A stretch of DNA of 64,000 nucleotides from Candidatus Latescibacterota bacterium (GTDB lineage Bacteria > Latescibacterota > UBA2968 > UBA8231): the NCBI GenBank assembly GCA_965206595.1, contig OZ242214.1:5152001-5216000 (forward strand), given 5' to 3'. Positions 45,709 through 57,184 of this stretch are shown piece by piece. Both the position numbers and the translations under genes were made by a program. How positions within the stretch are numbered: the first letter of the stretch is position 1; each line of letters starts with the position of its first letter. Below the pieces are notes generated by a model. It did no database searches, was not told where the DNA came from, and worked only from the letters and a program-made list of their open reading frames with translations.

Positions 45709-46446
45709 TCAATCCACAACAACCGACTGGATTGAGGCAGACCCGGTCCAACCTGCACATTGCCAACGATGAACCAGACTGGATTTGCCAGGGGAGGCTG
45801 GTGCCCCCGATGGTGGAAGGGTCGAAATTAAAACCGCGTTAGGCTGCGTTCTTCTTTTTACCAGGCAACGCAGCCGATCAGGATTCATCGCCGCTCGGGA
45901 TATCACCACAGCTGCCATAGGGAGGCCCTCCAGAACGCGGCTCTCCGCGTCGAGTCTTTCGTGCAGAACCGAGGTGTTGTTCAGTGACAGACGGCGAATG
46001 ACCTCCCGCAGGAATGAGGCCCTCCGCCGCCTGCTTTCGACCAGCAGGAAGCGGGTCTGGGGAAGGGTGATTGCCAATGGAATTCCCGGCAGGCCGGCAC
46101 CCGAACCGACATCCCACACAGCCCCATGAGGCAGGGTAATGATGAGTTGTCTCAGAGCAACAGATGGGAGAATGTGTTTTACTGCGATCTGCGCCATATC
46201 TCCTGAAGAGATCAGACTTACACGTTGCGACCACTGCGACAAGATACCTTCGAACCGCCCCAGGCGCGCTTTCCATCGTTCGACCTGAAGCGCGCTCCCA
46301 TCGGGGCACAACTCTGCCAGGATGTGGTGCAAGGATGAGTCGCTGAAATCGGGATACGATCTGGCTTGCTGGAAGGAGGTTGTTTCACGTGGAACACCGG
46401 GCAAGGAAGCATCCACGGAGTGACTTTTTCCACGTGGAACACTCAT
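45709..46446 (-). CDS. rsmG: 16S rRNA m7G527 methyltransferase RsmG
   Basis: 'KHILPS', 'DVGSGAGLPGIPLA', 'LVES', 'SRA'. Confidence 0.85.
   Translation of the reverse strand: MSVPRGKSHSVDASLPGVPRETTSFQQARSYPDFSDSSLHHILAELCPDGSALQVERWKARLGRFEGILSQWSQRVSLISSGDMAQIAVKHILPSVALRQLIITLPHGAVWDVGSGAGLPGIPLAITLPQTRFLLVESRRRRASFLREVIRRLSLNNTSVLHERLDAESRVLEGLPMAAVVISRAAMNPDRLRCLVKRRTQPNAVLISTLPPSGAPASPGKSSLVHRWQCAGWTGSASIQSVVVD
46381..46396. promoter_or_regulatory. parS site 1
   Basis: TGTTTCACGTGGAACA; reverse complement TGTTCCACGTGAAACA matches the canonical parS. Confidence 0.9.
46426..46441. promoter_or_regulatory. parS site 2
   Basis: TTTTCCACGTGGAACA, near-consensus. Confidence 0.75.
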
Positions 46447-47819
46447 TTTCCTATACAGAATTCCGAAAAAATATCATCCAGGACGGCTTCGTCGACATTT
46501 TCGCCTAGCAGCTCTCCGCAATGAGAAAGGGCTGAATGCAATTCGGCTGCGACACATTCCGCCATACCCCCCTCCTGCAACATCCTGTGCGAACCCTGGC
46601 AGGCCGAATGGACCCGCTCGATAAGGGTGGCGTGCCGCTGTCGGGTAAGACCGACCCCCTCGACGTTCTGTGCATTGGGGAGCGACCTCATGATTGCCCC
46701 TTTTAGGTCCAAAAGGCCAGTCCGGACCGCCGCCGAAATCGAAATGGTCATCGCGCGATCGGAGACCATGTCCGGAATCCTTTGTTTGCACGGGATGTCA
46801 ATCTTGTTTCTGACAATCAGAAAGGAGCCTCCGGCTGACAACGTGAGAAGTTCTTCGTCTGCCTCGCTCCAGGGCCGGGAAGAATCCGTAACAACCAGCA
46901 CAAGGTCGGCGTCGTTGGCTTCTTGGCGAGTTCTTCTCATACCCTCTACTTCAACTGCGCCTGATGCCGCTCGTAGCCCCGCCGTGTCCCTAAGGCGCAC
47001 CAAATCGCCTCCCCACACTACCTCCCCTTCTATTACATCGCGCGTCGTTCCAGGAGTATGGGTTACTATGGCTCGATCTTCACCAAGAAGAGCATTGAAC
47101 AAGGTTGACTTCCCAGCGTTGGGCCGTCCGACGAGAGCTACCGAATAACCTTGCTGCCGGCGGCGGCTACCCGCAAAGGTTTCAAGCAATTGATGCGACA
47201 GTGAAATGGCGGCGTCCAACTCCTGGAAGACCTGCTCCGTGCGCACATGCCCATCCTCCTCCTGGGCGAAATCCAGATTCACTTCGAGCAATGCCAAGGC
47301 TCGAACCACCTGGTCCTTGAGGGTACCCACCAATTTAGAAAATCGGCCACTGGTGTGACCGTATGAGTTTTGCAATGCGTGTTTGCTGCCTGCCTGGATT
47401 AAATCGATAACCGCCTCGGCCTGCAGCAAATCCATACGCCCGTTGACAAATGCCCGTCGTGTGAATTCGCCCGGGCGTGCGAGGGTGGCACCAATGGCAA
47501 TCGCCGCCTCAACAGCGCTATTGAGAACCACTTCACTGGCATGAACACTGATCTCGACGGTATCCTCGCCGGTATACGACGCGGGGGCCTTCAGCACCCA
47601 AGCCAAGCCGGAATCCAGATCTGCGCCATTCTCATCTAGAATGCGGCCATATTCAACGTAACGAGGACGTGCTCCCAAAGGAGGATTGCTGCGAAAGAGG
47701 GTACGTGCCACGGGGACCGAGTCTGGGCCACTCAGTCGAATGATACCAATCCCCCCCGCTCCCGAAGGGGTTGCTACAGCCACAATCGTGGAGGTTTCGA
47801 CCGTGGAGCGGCGCGCCAT
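46443..47819 (-). CDS. mnmE: tRNA modification GTPase MnmE
   Basis: 'TIVAVATP', 'SYTGED', 'GEFTRRAF', 'GRPNAGKS', 'GTTRD', C-terminal 'FCIGK'. Confidence 0.96.
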   Translation of the reverse strand: MARRSTVETSTIVAVATPSGAGGIGIIRLSGPDSVPVARTLFRSNPPLGARPRYVEYGRILDENGADLDSGLAWVLKAPASYTGEDTVEISVHASEVVLNSAVEAAIAIGATLARPGEFTRRAFVNGRMDLLQAEAVIDLIQAGSKHALQNSYGHTSGRFSKLVGTLKDQVVRALALLEVNLDFAQEEDGHVRTEQVFQELDAAISLSHQLLETFAGSRRRQQGYSVALVGRPNAGKSTLFNALLGEDRAIVTHTPGTTRDVIEGEVVWGGDLVRLRDTAGLRAASGAVEVEGMRRTRQEANDADLVLVVTDSSRPWSEADEELLTLSAGGSFLIVRNKIDIPCKQRIPDMVSDRAMTISISAAVRTGLLDLKGAIMRSLPNAQNVEGVGLTRQRHATLIERVHSACQGSHRMLQEGGMAECVAAELHSALSHCGELLGENVDEAVLDDIFSEFCIGK

Positions 47820-47848
47820 AGCGGACCTCATGGAGAGGTGCCTAGTCC

Positions 47849-49531
47849 CTAAATGGGGTGTGCCCTGCGCTGCTTGTAGCGGTTGGTCAGGTGTTGTTGG
47901 GCGATTTGCAAAACGTTGAAGACGGTCCAATAAAGGACCAATCCAGAAGAAAACCTCCACATAATGAAGACCATGACAACAGGCATGATATACACAAGGG
48001 CAGCCTGTTTCGGGTCTTTCATCGTCATTTTCGACTGGAAAAACATCGCCGTCGACATCAACAGGGGCAGGATGTGGATGGAGATTCCAGCGATCACCAC
48101 TTCATCGGGTAATGAAAGGTCATTGATCCACAGGATGAACGGGGATTGCCTGAGTTCAATGGTGCTGCTGAAAGTTTGATATAGAGCGATGAATATCGGC
48201 ATTTGCAAGAGAAGGGGCAGACACCCACCCAGCGGATTCACCCCTTCATCGCGATACAGCTTCATCGTCTCCCGGCTGAGGCGTTGATTGTCATTTTTGT
48301 ACTTTTCCTTGAGCGCTGCCACTTTTGGCTGCAACTCCTGCATCTTCGATGCCGATTCGTACGACTTGTGGGTCAGTGGATAGACGAGGATCTTGACGAC
48401 AACCGCGAACAGAACAATCACCCAGCCGTAGTTGGGGATGATCTGGTAAGCCGCGACAAACAGAACAATCAGCACCTTGCTGATTTCCCGCACAATCGGG
48501 AAGCCGAGAGCCATCGCCCGCTCCAGTTCCGCTTCGTACAGGATCAATTCCTCGTAGTCCAGCGGGCCAATGTAGAGCAATCCTTCCCAGGTACCGCGAG
48601 GCGACAGCCTCACTCCGACTCGAAAATCGTATTCGGGAACGGGAACCCCAAAGCGAGCATCGAGTTCTACGCTATATCTGCTTGGTGTGGTCGGTGCTAT
48701 GCTGACCATGAAATACTTGTTTCGAACTCCCGCCCAGCGAAGCGAACCCTTGTCCGCCCAGCTTTGCGGTTCCCCTGCTTCCGCGCGCAAATCATTCAGA
48801 CTTTCGTTCAAATAGGCCATCGCTTGCATCGACTCCAAGTCGACATGCTCTGCTCTTTCCGCAATGGCAATTCCTCCCTCCCAAACAAAATAGGCAAAGG
48901 TCTGCTCGTCGAATCCGGAGTAGGATAGCTCCATTTGTACGCCATAATGATCGGCATCGAATCGGAAGCGCTTCTCGACGAAGCGTCCATTTCCAAGATA
49001 TGCTCGCATTTGCAGGTTGCCGCTCGATCCGGATTCCAAAAAGAGTGATTCCGTACCGGGAACAAACTCCACTTCACTCAGATCCTGCTCAATGCGGCCG
49101 TTCTCATCCCTGAGCTCTAGGGCTAGAGCACGTGGAGCCTCGGGCATCAACTCCAGTATCTCCCCCCGATCCCGCTGATACTGGGGCAGTTTGACAGATG
49201 TGAGAACTCCTCCGGCGGTAGAAAAAGTCAGTTCCTGCAGTGGTGTGCGTACTAAAATCTTCCGGGCTGAGAAAACACCCGAAGAGGAAGCAGCAGGCAG
49301 TTGGGACGTTGGTGCCTTCGCTTCAGTGAATTGTTCAGGCTCGGCTGGAGGTGGAAACGGAATCTCGTCACCGACTTCCTGCTGGCTGGTCTGCGGTTCG
49401 GCAACCTTACCCGCCTCGGGAACGGTATCCTGGGGGGGTGGTTTCAGGCCCAACCAATCTTGGTAATAGGGCATCAGGAGAAAAATGAGCCCGATCAGCA
49501 GGAAAGCCAGCAAAGTGCGTTTGTCGCCCAT
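47849..49531 (-). CDS. yidC: Membrane protein insertase YidC
   Basis: 'NKYF', 'NYGWVIV', 'GVNPLGGCLP', 'WINDLS', 'GLVLYW'. Confidence 0.96.
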   Translation of the reverse strand: MGDKRTLLAFLLIGLIFLLMPYYQDWLGLKPPPQDTVPEAGKVAEPQTSQQEVGDEIPFPPPAEPEQFTEAKAPTSQLPAASSSGVFSARKILVRTPLQELTFSTAGGVLTSVKLPQYQRDRGEILELMPEAPRALALELRDENGRIEQDLSEVEFVPGTESLFLESGSSGNLQMRAYLGNGRFVEKRFRFDADHYGVQMELSYSGFDEQTFAYFVWEGGIAIAERAEHVDLESMQAMAYLNESLNDLRAEAGEPQSWADKGSLRWAGVRNKYFMVSIAPTTPSRYSVELDARFGVPVPEYDFRVGVRLSPRGTWEGLLYIGPLDYEELILYEAELERAMALGFPIVREISKVLIVLFVAAYQIIPNYGWVIVLFAVVVKILVYPLTHKSYESASKMQELQPKVAALKEKYKNDNQRLSRETMKLYRDEGVNPLGGCLPLLLQMPIFIALYQTFSSTIELRQSPFILWINDLSLPDEVVIAGISIHILPLLMSTAMFFQSKMTMKDPKQAALVYIMPVVMVFIMWRFSSGLVLYWTVFNVLQIAQQHLTNRYKQRRAHPI

Positions 49532-49541
49532 TGATCTTGCC

Positions 49542-49751
49542 TTACTCTACGGGGTCGTATCCCCATCCGCCCAATGGGTGGCAGCGTAACAACCGCACCA
49601 TCGTCTTGAAACCGCCGAGCAGACAACCGTGTTTGTCGACAGCTTGGGCGGCATATTCGGAACAGGTAGGTTGAAACCTGCAGGCCGGGTAGGTGTACGG
49701 GGACAGGCAGAACTGATACGCCCGAATGCAGACCACGAGCAACCGGCGCAT
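49542..49751 (-). CDS. yidD: Membrane protein insertion efficiency factor YidD
   Basis: 'CRFQPTCSEY', 'RCHP...GYDPV'. Confidence 0.95.
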   Translation of the reverse strand: MRRLLVVCIRAYQFCLSPYTYPACRFQPTCSEYAAQAVDKHGCLLGGFKTMVRLLRCHPLGGWGYDPVE

Positions 49752-50009
49752 TCAGGACTGCCGGTCCATCTTGGTCAGAAGATCGTCCAGGTCAACCTCA
49801 AGATGACGGTATGTGGCGTTTACCGCTGAAGGTTGTGGAAAAATAAGGACTGAGTGCGAAGGATCGGGGCGTTCGCGGCAAAGGGACCGCAGGCGTCGCT
49901 TGAGGCGATTGCGAACTACGGCTTTCCCAAGCGACTTTCGAATTACGAGAATTACAGCAGCCTGCCGCCCGTGTCGTACCCACAGATACCGCCCTTTCAA
50001 CCAGCTCAC
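49752..50009 (-). CDS. rnpA: Ribonuclease P protein component (short)
   Basis: RNR motif 'KSLGKAVVRNRLKRRLR'; lies between rpmH and yidD. Confidence 0.8.
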   Translation of the reverse strand: MSWLKGRYLWVRHGRQAAVILVIRKSLGKAVVRNRLKRRLRSLCRERPDPSHSVLIFPQPSAVNATYRHLEVDLDDLLTKMDRQS

Positions 50010-50060
50010 GGTGCGACGATACGAATGGGTGTTCCCCCCAGGAGCGGAGTTTGGGGGTAA

Positions 50061-50195
50061 TCAGACAGTCAGTTGTTTGCGACCCTTGCGACGACGCCGG
50101 TTGATGACAGCGCGACCACCGGGAGTGCGCATGCGCTTCCGAAAGCCGTGCTTATTTCGTCGCTTGCGGTTACTCGGTTGAAAAGTTCGTTTCAC
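50061..50195 (-). CDS. rpmH: 50S ribosomal protein L34
   Basis: GTG start; [44 protein letters not shown] (44 aa, absent from the ORF track). Confidence 0.97.
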   Translation of the reverse strand: MKRTFQPSNRKRRNKHGFRKRMRTPGGRAVINRRRRKGRKQLTV

Positions 50196-50484
50196 GGAAG
50201 ACCCTGGAATTATTGGCGCGGAGCCGGGTGTTGGTCAGTTGTCGACTTTGATTCCAAGCATCGCGCTATCCTGCGAAAAGTTAGGCAGGTTTATTTCAGA
50301 GAGAATCGGGACGAATGGACTATCTGTCAAATTTGCATTCCGAGGGTCGGTTATTCCGATCCGAAGTGGTCAAGACTGCGTCTCAATCCCCAAGTGCTCT
50401 TCGACGGTCCGGTTTCTTGACGCCCTTCTTTGCTATGTCTACCGTTTCAAACCCTTTTCTCTCCCGCTTCTGCACAAGAGAGTG

Positions 50485-51981
50485 ATGATCACCACCACAT
50501 CGCAAGAAACCCACGAATTGTGGGCTCGTTGCCTGCTTCACATCGAGCGCAATATCCGTGCCCAAAGCTTTAATACTTGGTTTCGTCCCACAAAAGCCCT
50601 TCGTTTCGACGCCGAATTGCTTGAAATTGAGGTATCGAGCTCCTATTTCGCCGATTGGGTGGAAAGCAACTATTTGAAACTGATCCAGAGCGCTGTCAAG
50701 GAAGAAACGGATCTGATTCCTCGGATCGTTTTTGCCATCGCCGATAACAACCCCGACGAGCGCGAAAATGAGACTGTTTCTTCGGCCACTGTCGAAGGAA
50801 CAGTCACGAAGAACACCCCAATGGGAACCCAGGGAGACTTGTGGGACGACCGAGGAGAAGGCAAAACCGAACCGGGAATCAGTGAAACGGATACGAGCCG
50901 GGTCGAGGCCAAGGGGGCAGGAGAATGGACCCCCGGTCCATTCTTCACCCCGCTAAACGAACGCTACACCTTCGACACTTTTGTCATAGGTGAGGGAAAT
51001 CGCTTTGCACACGCAGCTGCATATTCCGTCGCCAAGTCACCGGGAAAAACCCAATTCAATCCGCTGGTGATCTACGGCGGTGTCGGACTGGGAAAAACCC
51101 ATCTTCTCCAAGCCATTGGCCATTACGCCTTGTCCCAGGAAAGCAACCTTCGCGTCGCCTACGTGCCATCTGAAAAATTCATGAGCGACTTCATCGAGTC
51201 CCTCAAGGCGCGGAAAGCGGGAGAATTTCAGCGCCTCTATCGAAGTGCTGACATGTTGCTGGTCGACGACATCCAGTTCCTTCTGAAAGGAGAGCATACA
51301 CAGACAGAGTTCTTCCACACCTTCAACGCCCTGCACCAGAACGGGAAACAGATCACCATGACCTGCGACAGCCCTCCTGGTGAACTACAGGGACTGGAAG
51401 AACGCCTTATTTCCCGGTTTCAGTGGGGGTTGGTCACAAGTATCGAGCCCCCCGATCTGGAAACGCGCATAGCCATTCTCCACAAGAAGGCCGAGATCAA
51501 TGGCATCTACCTCACCGAGGAGGTTTCTACCTTTCTCGGGAACTACATTAGCACAAACATCCGGGAGCTGGAAGGTGCTCTGAACCACATCATGGCCTAT
51601 TGTGCTGTGAATCAACAGGAATTGAACATCGAAGCTGCCCGCAAGATCGTTAAGGAGCGGGTATCGGCCGAATCGACCCATCTGACCATTGAGAGTATCC
51701 AACGGATAGTGGCCGAGCACTTCGATCTCACCCCCGAATTGCTGATTGGAAAAACCAGGAAACAGGAAATAGCCGCTCCCCGACAGATCGCAATGTACCT
51801 GGCCAAAAAGTTGACAAAAAGCTCTCTCAAGGTGATCGGCCTTCATTTCGGAAACCGGGATCACAGTACAGTAATCCATGCCGTCAGGGCAGTGGACAGA
51901 AAACGCAATCAAGATCCGAGTCTTTCCCACTTGGTCGAATCGCTTTCAGAATCCATCCAGCAACGCCATTCCAGACCGTAA
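50485..51981 (+). CDS. dnaA: Chromosomal replication initiator DnaA
   Basis: 'SFNTWF', 'YTFDTFV', 'GGVGLGKTHL', 'DDIQF', 'NIRELEGAL', 'RDHSTV'. Confidence 0.98.
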   Translation: MITTTSQETHELWARCLLHIERNIRAQSFNTWFRPTKALRFDAELLEIEVSSSYFADWVESNYLKLIQSAVKEETDLIPRIVFAIADNNPDERENETVSSATVEGTVTKNTPMGTQGDLWDDRGEGKTEPGISETDTSRVEAKGAGEWTPGPFFTPLNERYTFDTFVIGEGNRFAHAAAYSVAKSPGKTQFNPLVIYGGVGLGKTHLLQAIGHYALSQESNLRVAYVPSEKFMSDFIESLKARKAGEFQRLYRSADMLLVDDIQFLLKGEHTQTEFFHTFNALHQNGKQITMTCDSPPGELQGLEERLISRFQWGLVTSIEPPDLETRIAILHKKAEINGIYLTEEVSTFLGNYISTNIRELEGALNHIMAYCAVNQQELNIEAARKIVKERVSAESTHLTIESIQRIVAEHFDLTPELLIGKTRKQEIAAPRQIAMYLAKKLTKSSLKVIGLHFGNRDHSTVIHAVRAVDRKRNQDPSLSHLVESLSESIQQRHSRP

Positions 51982-52570
51982 TCCCATTCCACATCTCTGA
52001 ATTACCCACATGGGTTATCCACAAACACGGTGGACAACCCATGGTTTTGTGGAAAGCTATTTGGATTGAAAAATGACCCGCCCAGACATGTTGACAAAGG
52101 GTTCGTATCCACAAAACCGGAATCGCCTATCCACACCTCGAAACACAGCACTTTTTCTTTTGTAAATAAATAATAATCACCATGTTACCCCATGTTTCAA
52201 TATGTATTCATCCAAGAGTTGGTAACTATTCACAGCTACAACAAGAAGTACAATAGACTTACACCTTAAGGATTAAACCATCCAATTAATACAGAATGTG
52301 GGCTTTCTCCCATTCAACCATCACTGTCTCCATTCCGGACGAGCTACACGCATGCGCCAGTGACCATAAATACACAAGGTCGAGTGTCGTTAGCCTTAAT
52401 TACTGTTAATACTAATCTTATGGGTGGTTTCTTCTATGATTTCGGTCCCTTCAATTCGGTTGACAGTATATCCTATGGCACCTATTATAATTGACTGTAA
52501 ATAAACAACCTGCCCATTTTTCGTCGCAAATCCCCTCCTGCTCAAACCATCTCACAGTGCGGAATTCTCG
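51982..52570. other. oriC (dnaA-dnaN intergenic region)
   Basis: DnaA boxes TTACCCACA 52002, TTATCCACA 52015, GTATCCACA 52105, CTATCCACA 52127, CTATTCACA 52226; AT-rich; gene orientation diverges around it. Confidence 0.88.
52460..52488 (+). promoter_or_regulatory. Putative sigma70 promoter for dnaN
   Basis: TTGACA-17 nt-TATTAT. Confidence 0.55.
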
Positions 52571-53728
52571 ATGAAGCTGACGATCGAACGTAGTGATATG
52601 TGGCAAGGGATCGACACCATTCTCGATGCAGTCGCTTCCAAGCCAGCCCAGCCGGTTCTGTCAAACATTCTTGTTGAAGCCGAGGAAGACCGACTGACCC
52701 TCTCTTCTTCAGATCTCGATCTGTCGATGCGTACCCGCATTCAAGCCAAAGTAGAGCAGCCCGGCAGAATAACTGTGCCCGCTCGAACATTTGCTGAAAT
52801 CGCAAGAGAATGGCCGGAGGCCCGGCTATCTTTATCGATGGAAAACGGAAGGTTGGTGATATCCGGTCCTTTGGGTGAACCAGACAGCGGTGAGGGGAGG
52901 TACGTCCTGGCGACGTCGCCCCCAGATGAATTTCCTGAAATCCCGGAAACACTTGACGGATTGAGGATCGACTTCGGCAATGGCGGCATAGGCTCCCTGC
53001 TCCATTCGATGATCGACAAAACCAGTTTTGCGGTCTCGCGAGACGAGACGAGACCGGTTCTCAACGGCGTTTTATGGCGGATGGAGTCCGATTTCATGGC
53101 TATGGCCGCCACCGATGGAAGTCGCTTGGCTGAATACCGGCACTACTGGGGGGAGGGAGTCGGTACGGCGGGAGCTGCGGAGGTTATCCTACCTCCTCAA
53201 CTTTGCAGTCAGCTCACGAAACTGCTCGATGGGCCTGATGAAATCGGGCGTGCCATCGTAGGGGAAAACCAGGTGTTGTTCGATCTCGGAAGCACACAGG
53301 TATTGTCCCGTCTCATCGAGGGTCCATACGTCGACTACGAACAGGTGGTGCCGCGGGAAAACGACAAGCGATTGAGTGTTGCCGTGGACCGTCTGCTTCC
53401 AGCGGTCAGAAGGGTTTCTATTCTCTCTAGCAGTTTTACCCACCAAGTTCGACTAGCGCTGGACGGCAACACTCTCGAACTCACCGCCTCGAGCCAGGAA
53501 GTAGGAGGTGAGGGCCGCGAAGTCATACCGGCTGAATACGGGAAAGAGGCCCTGGAAGTGGCATACAACTCCAACTACCTGATGGAAATCTTGCGGAAGC
53601 TCGACACCGCTAGCGTCGTAATCGAACTGCGCGATTCCGTAACTGCGGCGGTCCTGCGGCCGGGAGAACTGCCCGAGGGGGATGAAATTTACTATCTGCT
53701 CATGCCGATGAGACCAGCAGGACCCTAA
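52571..53728 (+). CDS. dnaN: DNA polymerase III beta clamp
   Basis: 'PVLSNIL', 'DETRPVLNGV', 'AATDGSRLA', 'SRLIEGPYVDY', 'LLMPMR'. Confidence 0.97.
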   Translation: MKLTIERSDMWQGIDTILDAVASKPAQPVLSNILVEAEEDRLTLSSSDLDLSMRTRIQAKVEQPGRITVPARTFAEIAREWPEARLSLSMENGRLVISGPLGEPDSGEGRYVLATSPPDEFPEIPETLDGLRIDFGNGGIGSLLHSMIDKTSFAVSRDETRPVLNGVLWRMESDFMAMAATDGSRLAEYRHYWGEGVGTAGAAEVILPPQLCSQLTKLLDGPDEIGRAIVGENQVLFDLGSTQVLSRLIEGPYVDYEQVVPRENDKRLSVAVDRLLPAVRRVSILSSSFTHQVRLALDGNTLELTASSQEVGGEGREVIPAEYGKEALEVAYNSNYLMEILRKLDTASVVIELRDSVTAAVLRPGELPEGDEIYYLLMPMRPAGP

Positions 53729-53755
53729 GTACCATGCCAGAAAACGGCCAATCCC

Positions 53756-54854
53756 GTGCATATTCGCGAGCTGACGCTGCAGCCGTTTCGAAATCTCAAG
53801 AACACGCGATTGCAGTTGGCACCGGAAGGTGTTCTGATCGTTGCACCCAACGGCAAAGGCAAGAGCAATGTTCTGGAGGCGATCTCCTTTTTGTCGATCG
53901 GGAAATCGGTGCGTGGGGTTCGCGACCGCGAGGCAGTACCGCATGGAGGCAATCAGTTCGACATCCGTGCCGTATGGCATGACGGGAGAAGGGAGCGGGA
54001 GGTACGGTTGTGCTACTTTCACGACTTGGGCAAACGCGTTTTTCTGGATGGTGCCCCTCTCGATCGCGTATCCGATCTGGTGTCGTTGTTTCAAACCGTT
54101 CATTTCTGTCCCGAAGATGTAACGCTGGTCCTTCGCTTTGCCGCTCAGCGCAGACGCCTGCTCGACATCCTTATTTCGCAGTCCGACCCGGCGTATCTGC
54201 ACGAATTGCAGAGGTTTCAGCGTGCTCTAGTCCAGCGGAACCGATGCCTCAAGCGCTGGCTATCGGCGGTCGAATCTCGACGCGAACTGGAGCCTTGGGA
54301 TGTCCAGATCGTCCAGTTCGGAGGATCGCTCAGACGACAGCGCCTCGGGGTTTTGCTTGAGTTCCAGCCTCTGTTGACGAGCTACTACGCCCGGTTTTCG
54401 ACCGGACGCGAGGCAGTGAATGTAGCATACAGCGGCACCACGGACATCGCTCTGGATACCGGGATTTTACCGACTAGGGACGAGCTGTGCGCCGAACTTC
54501 AGGAGGAACTCGAACAGGCGCGAGAACGGGAACTCCAATCCGGTCACACCTTGTGTGGTCCCCATCGTGACGCGATCTCGTTCGAACTGAATGGCGAACC
54601 TGCGGAAACATTTGCTTCTCAGGGACAGCGAAAGAGCCTGCTGATTTCCTGGAAAATGGCTGAATTGCGCTTCCTGGAAGCACGTAACGGGCAACAACCG
54701 GTGTTGCTTCTTGACGATATGTTCTCCGAACTCGACGGGGACCGAATAAGGGAGTTGTTGAATCTCGTGACCGACTTCGACCAAGTTGTAATTACAGCCC
54801 CAAAATCCCCACAGGAAGAGCTGCCTGCCCGCTTCACCGAGATACCCCTGACAG

Positions 54855-54868
<14 letters not shown>
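53756..54868 (+). CDS. recF: DNA replication/repair protein RecF
   Basis: 'FRN', 'PNGKGKSNVLEAI', 'GPHRD', 'SQGQ', 'LLLDDMFSELD'. Confidence 0.96.
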
Positions 54869-57151
<2,283 letters not shown>

Positions 57152-57184
57152 CAGCACACCCTACAAAAGGCACGAAACACGTAG

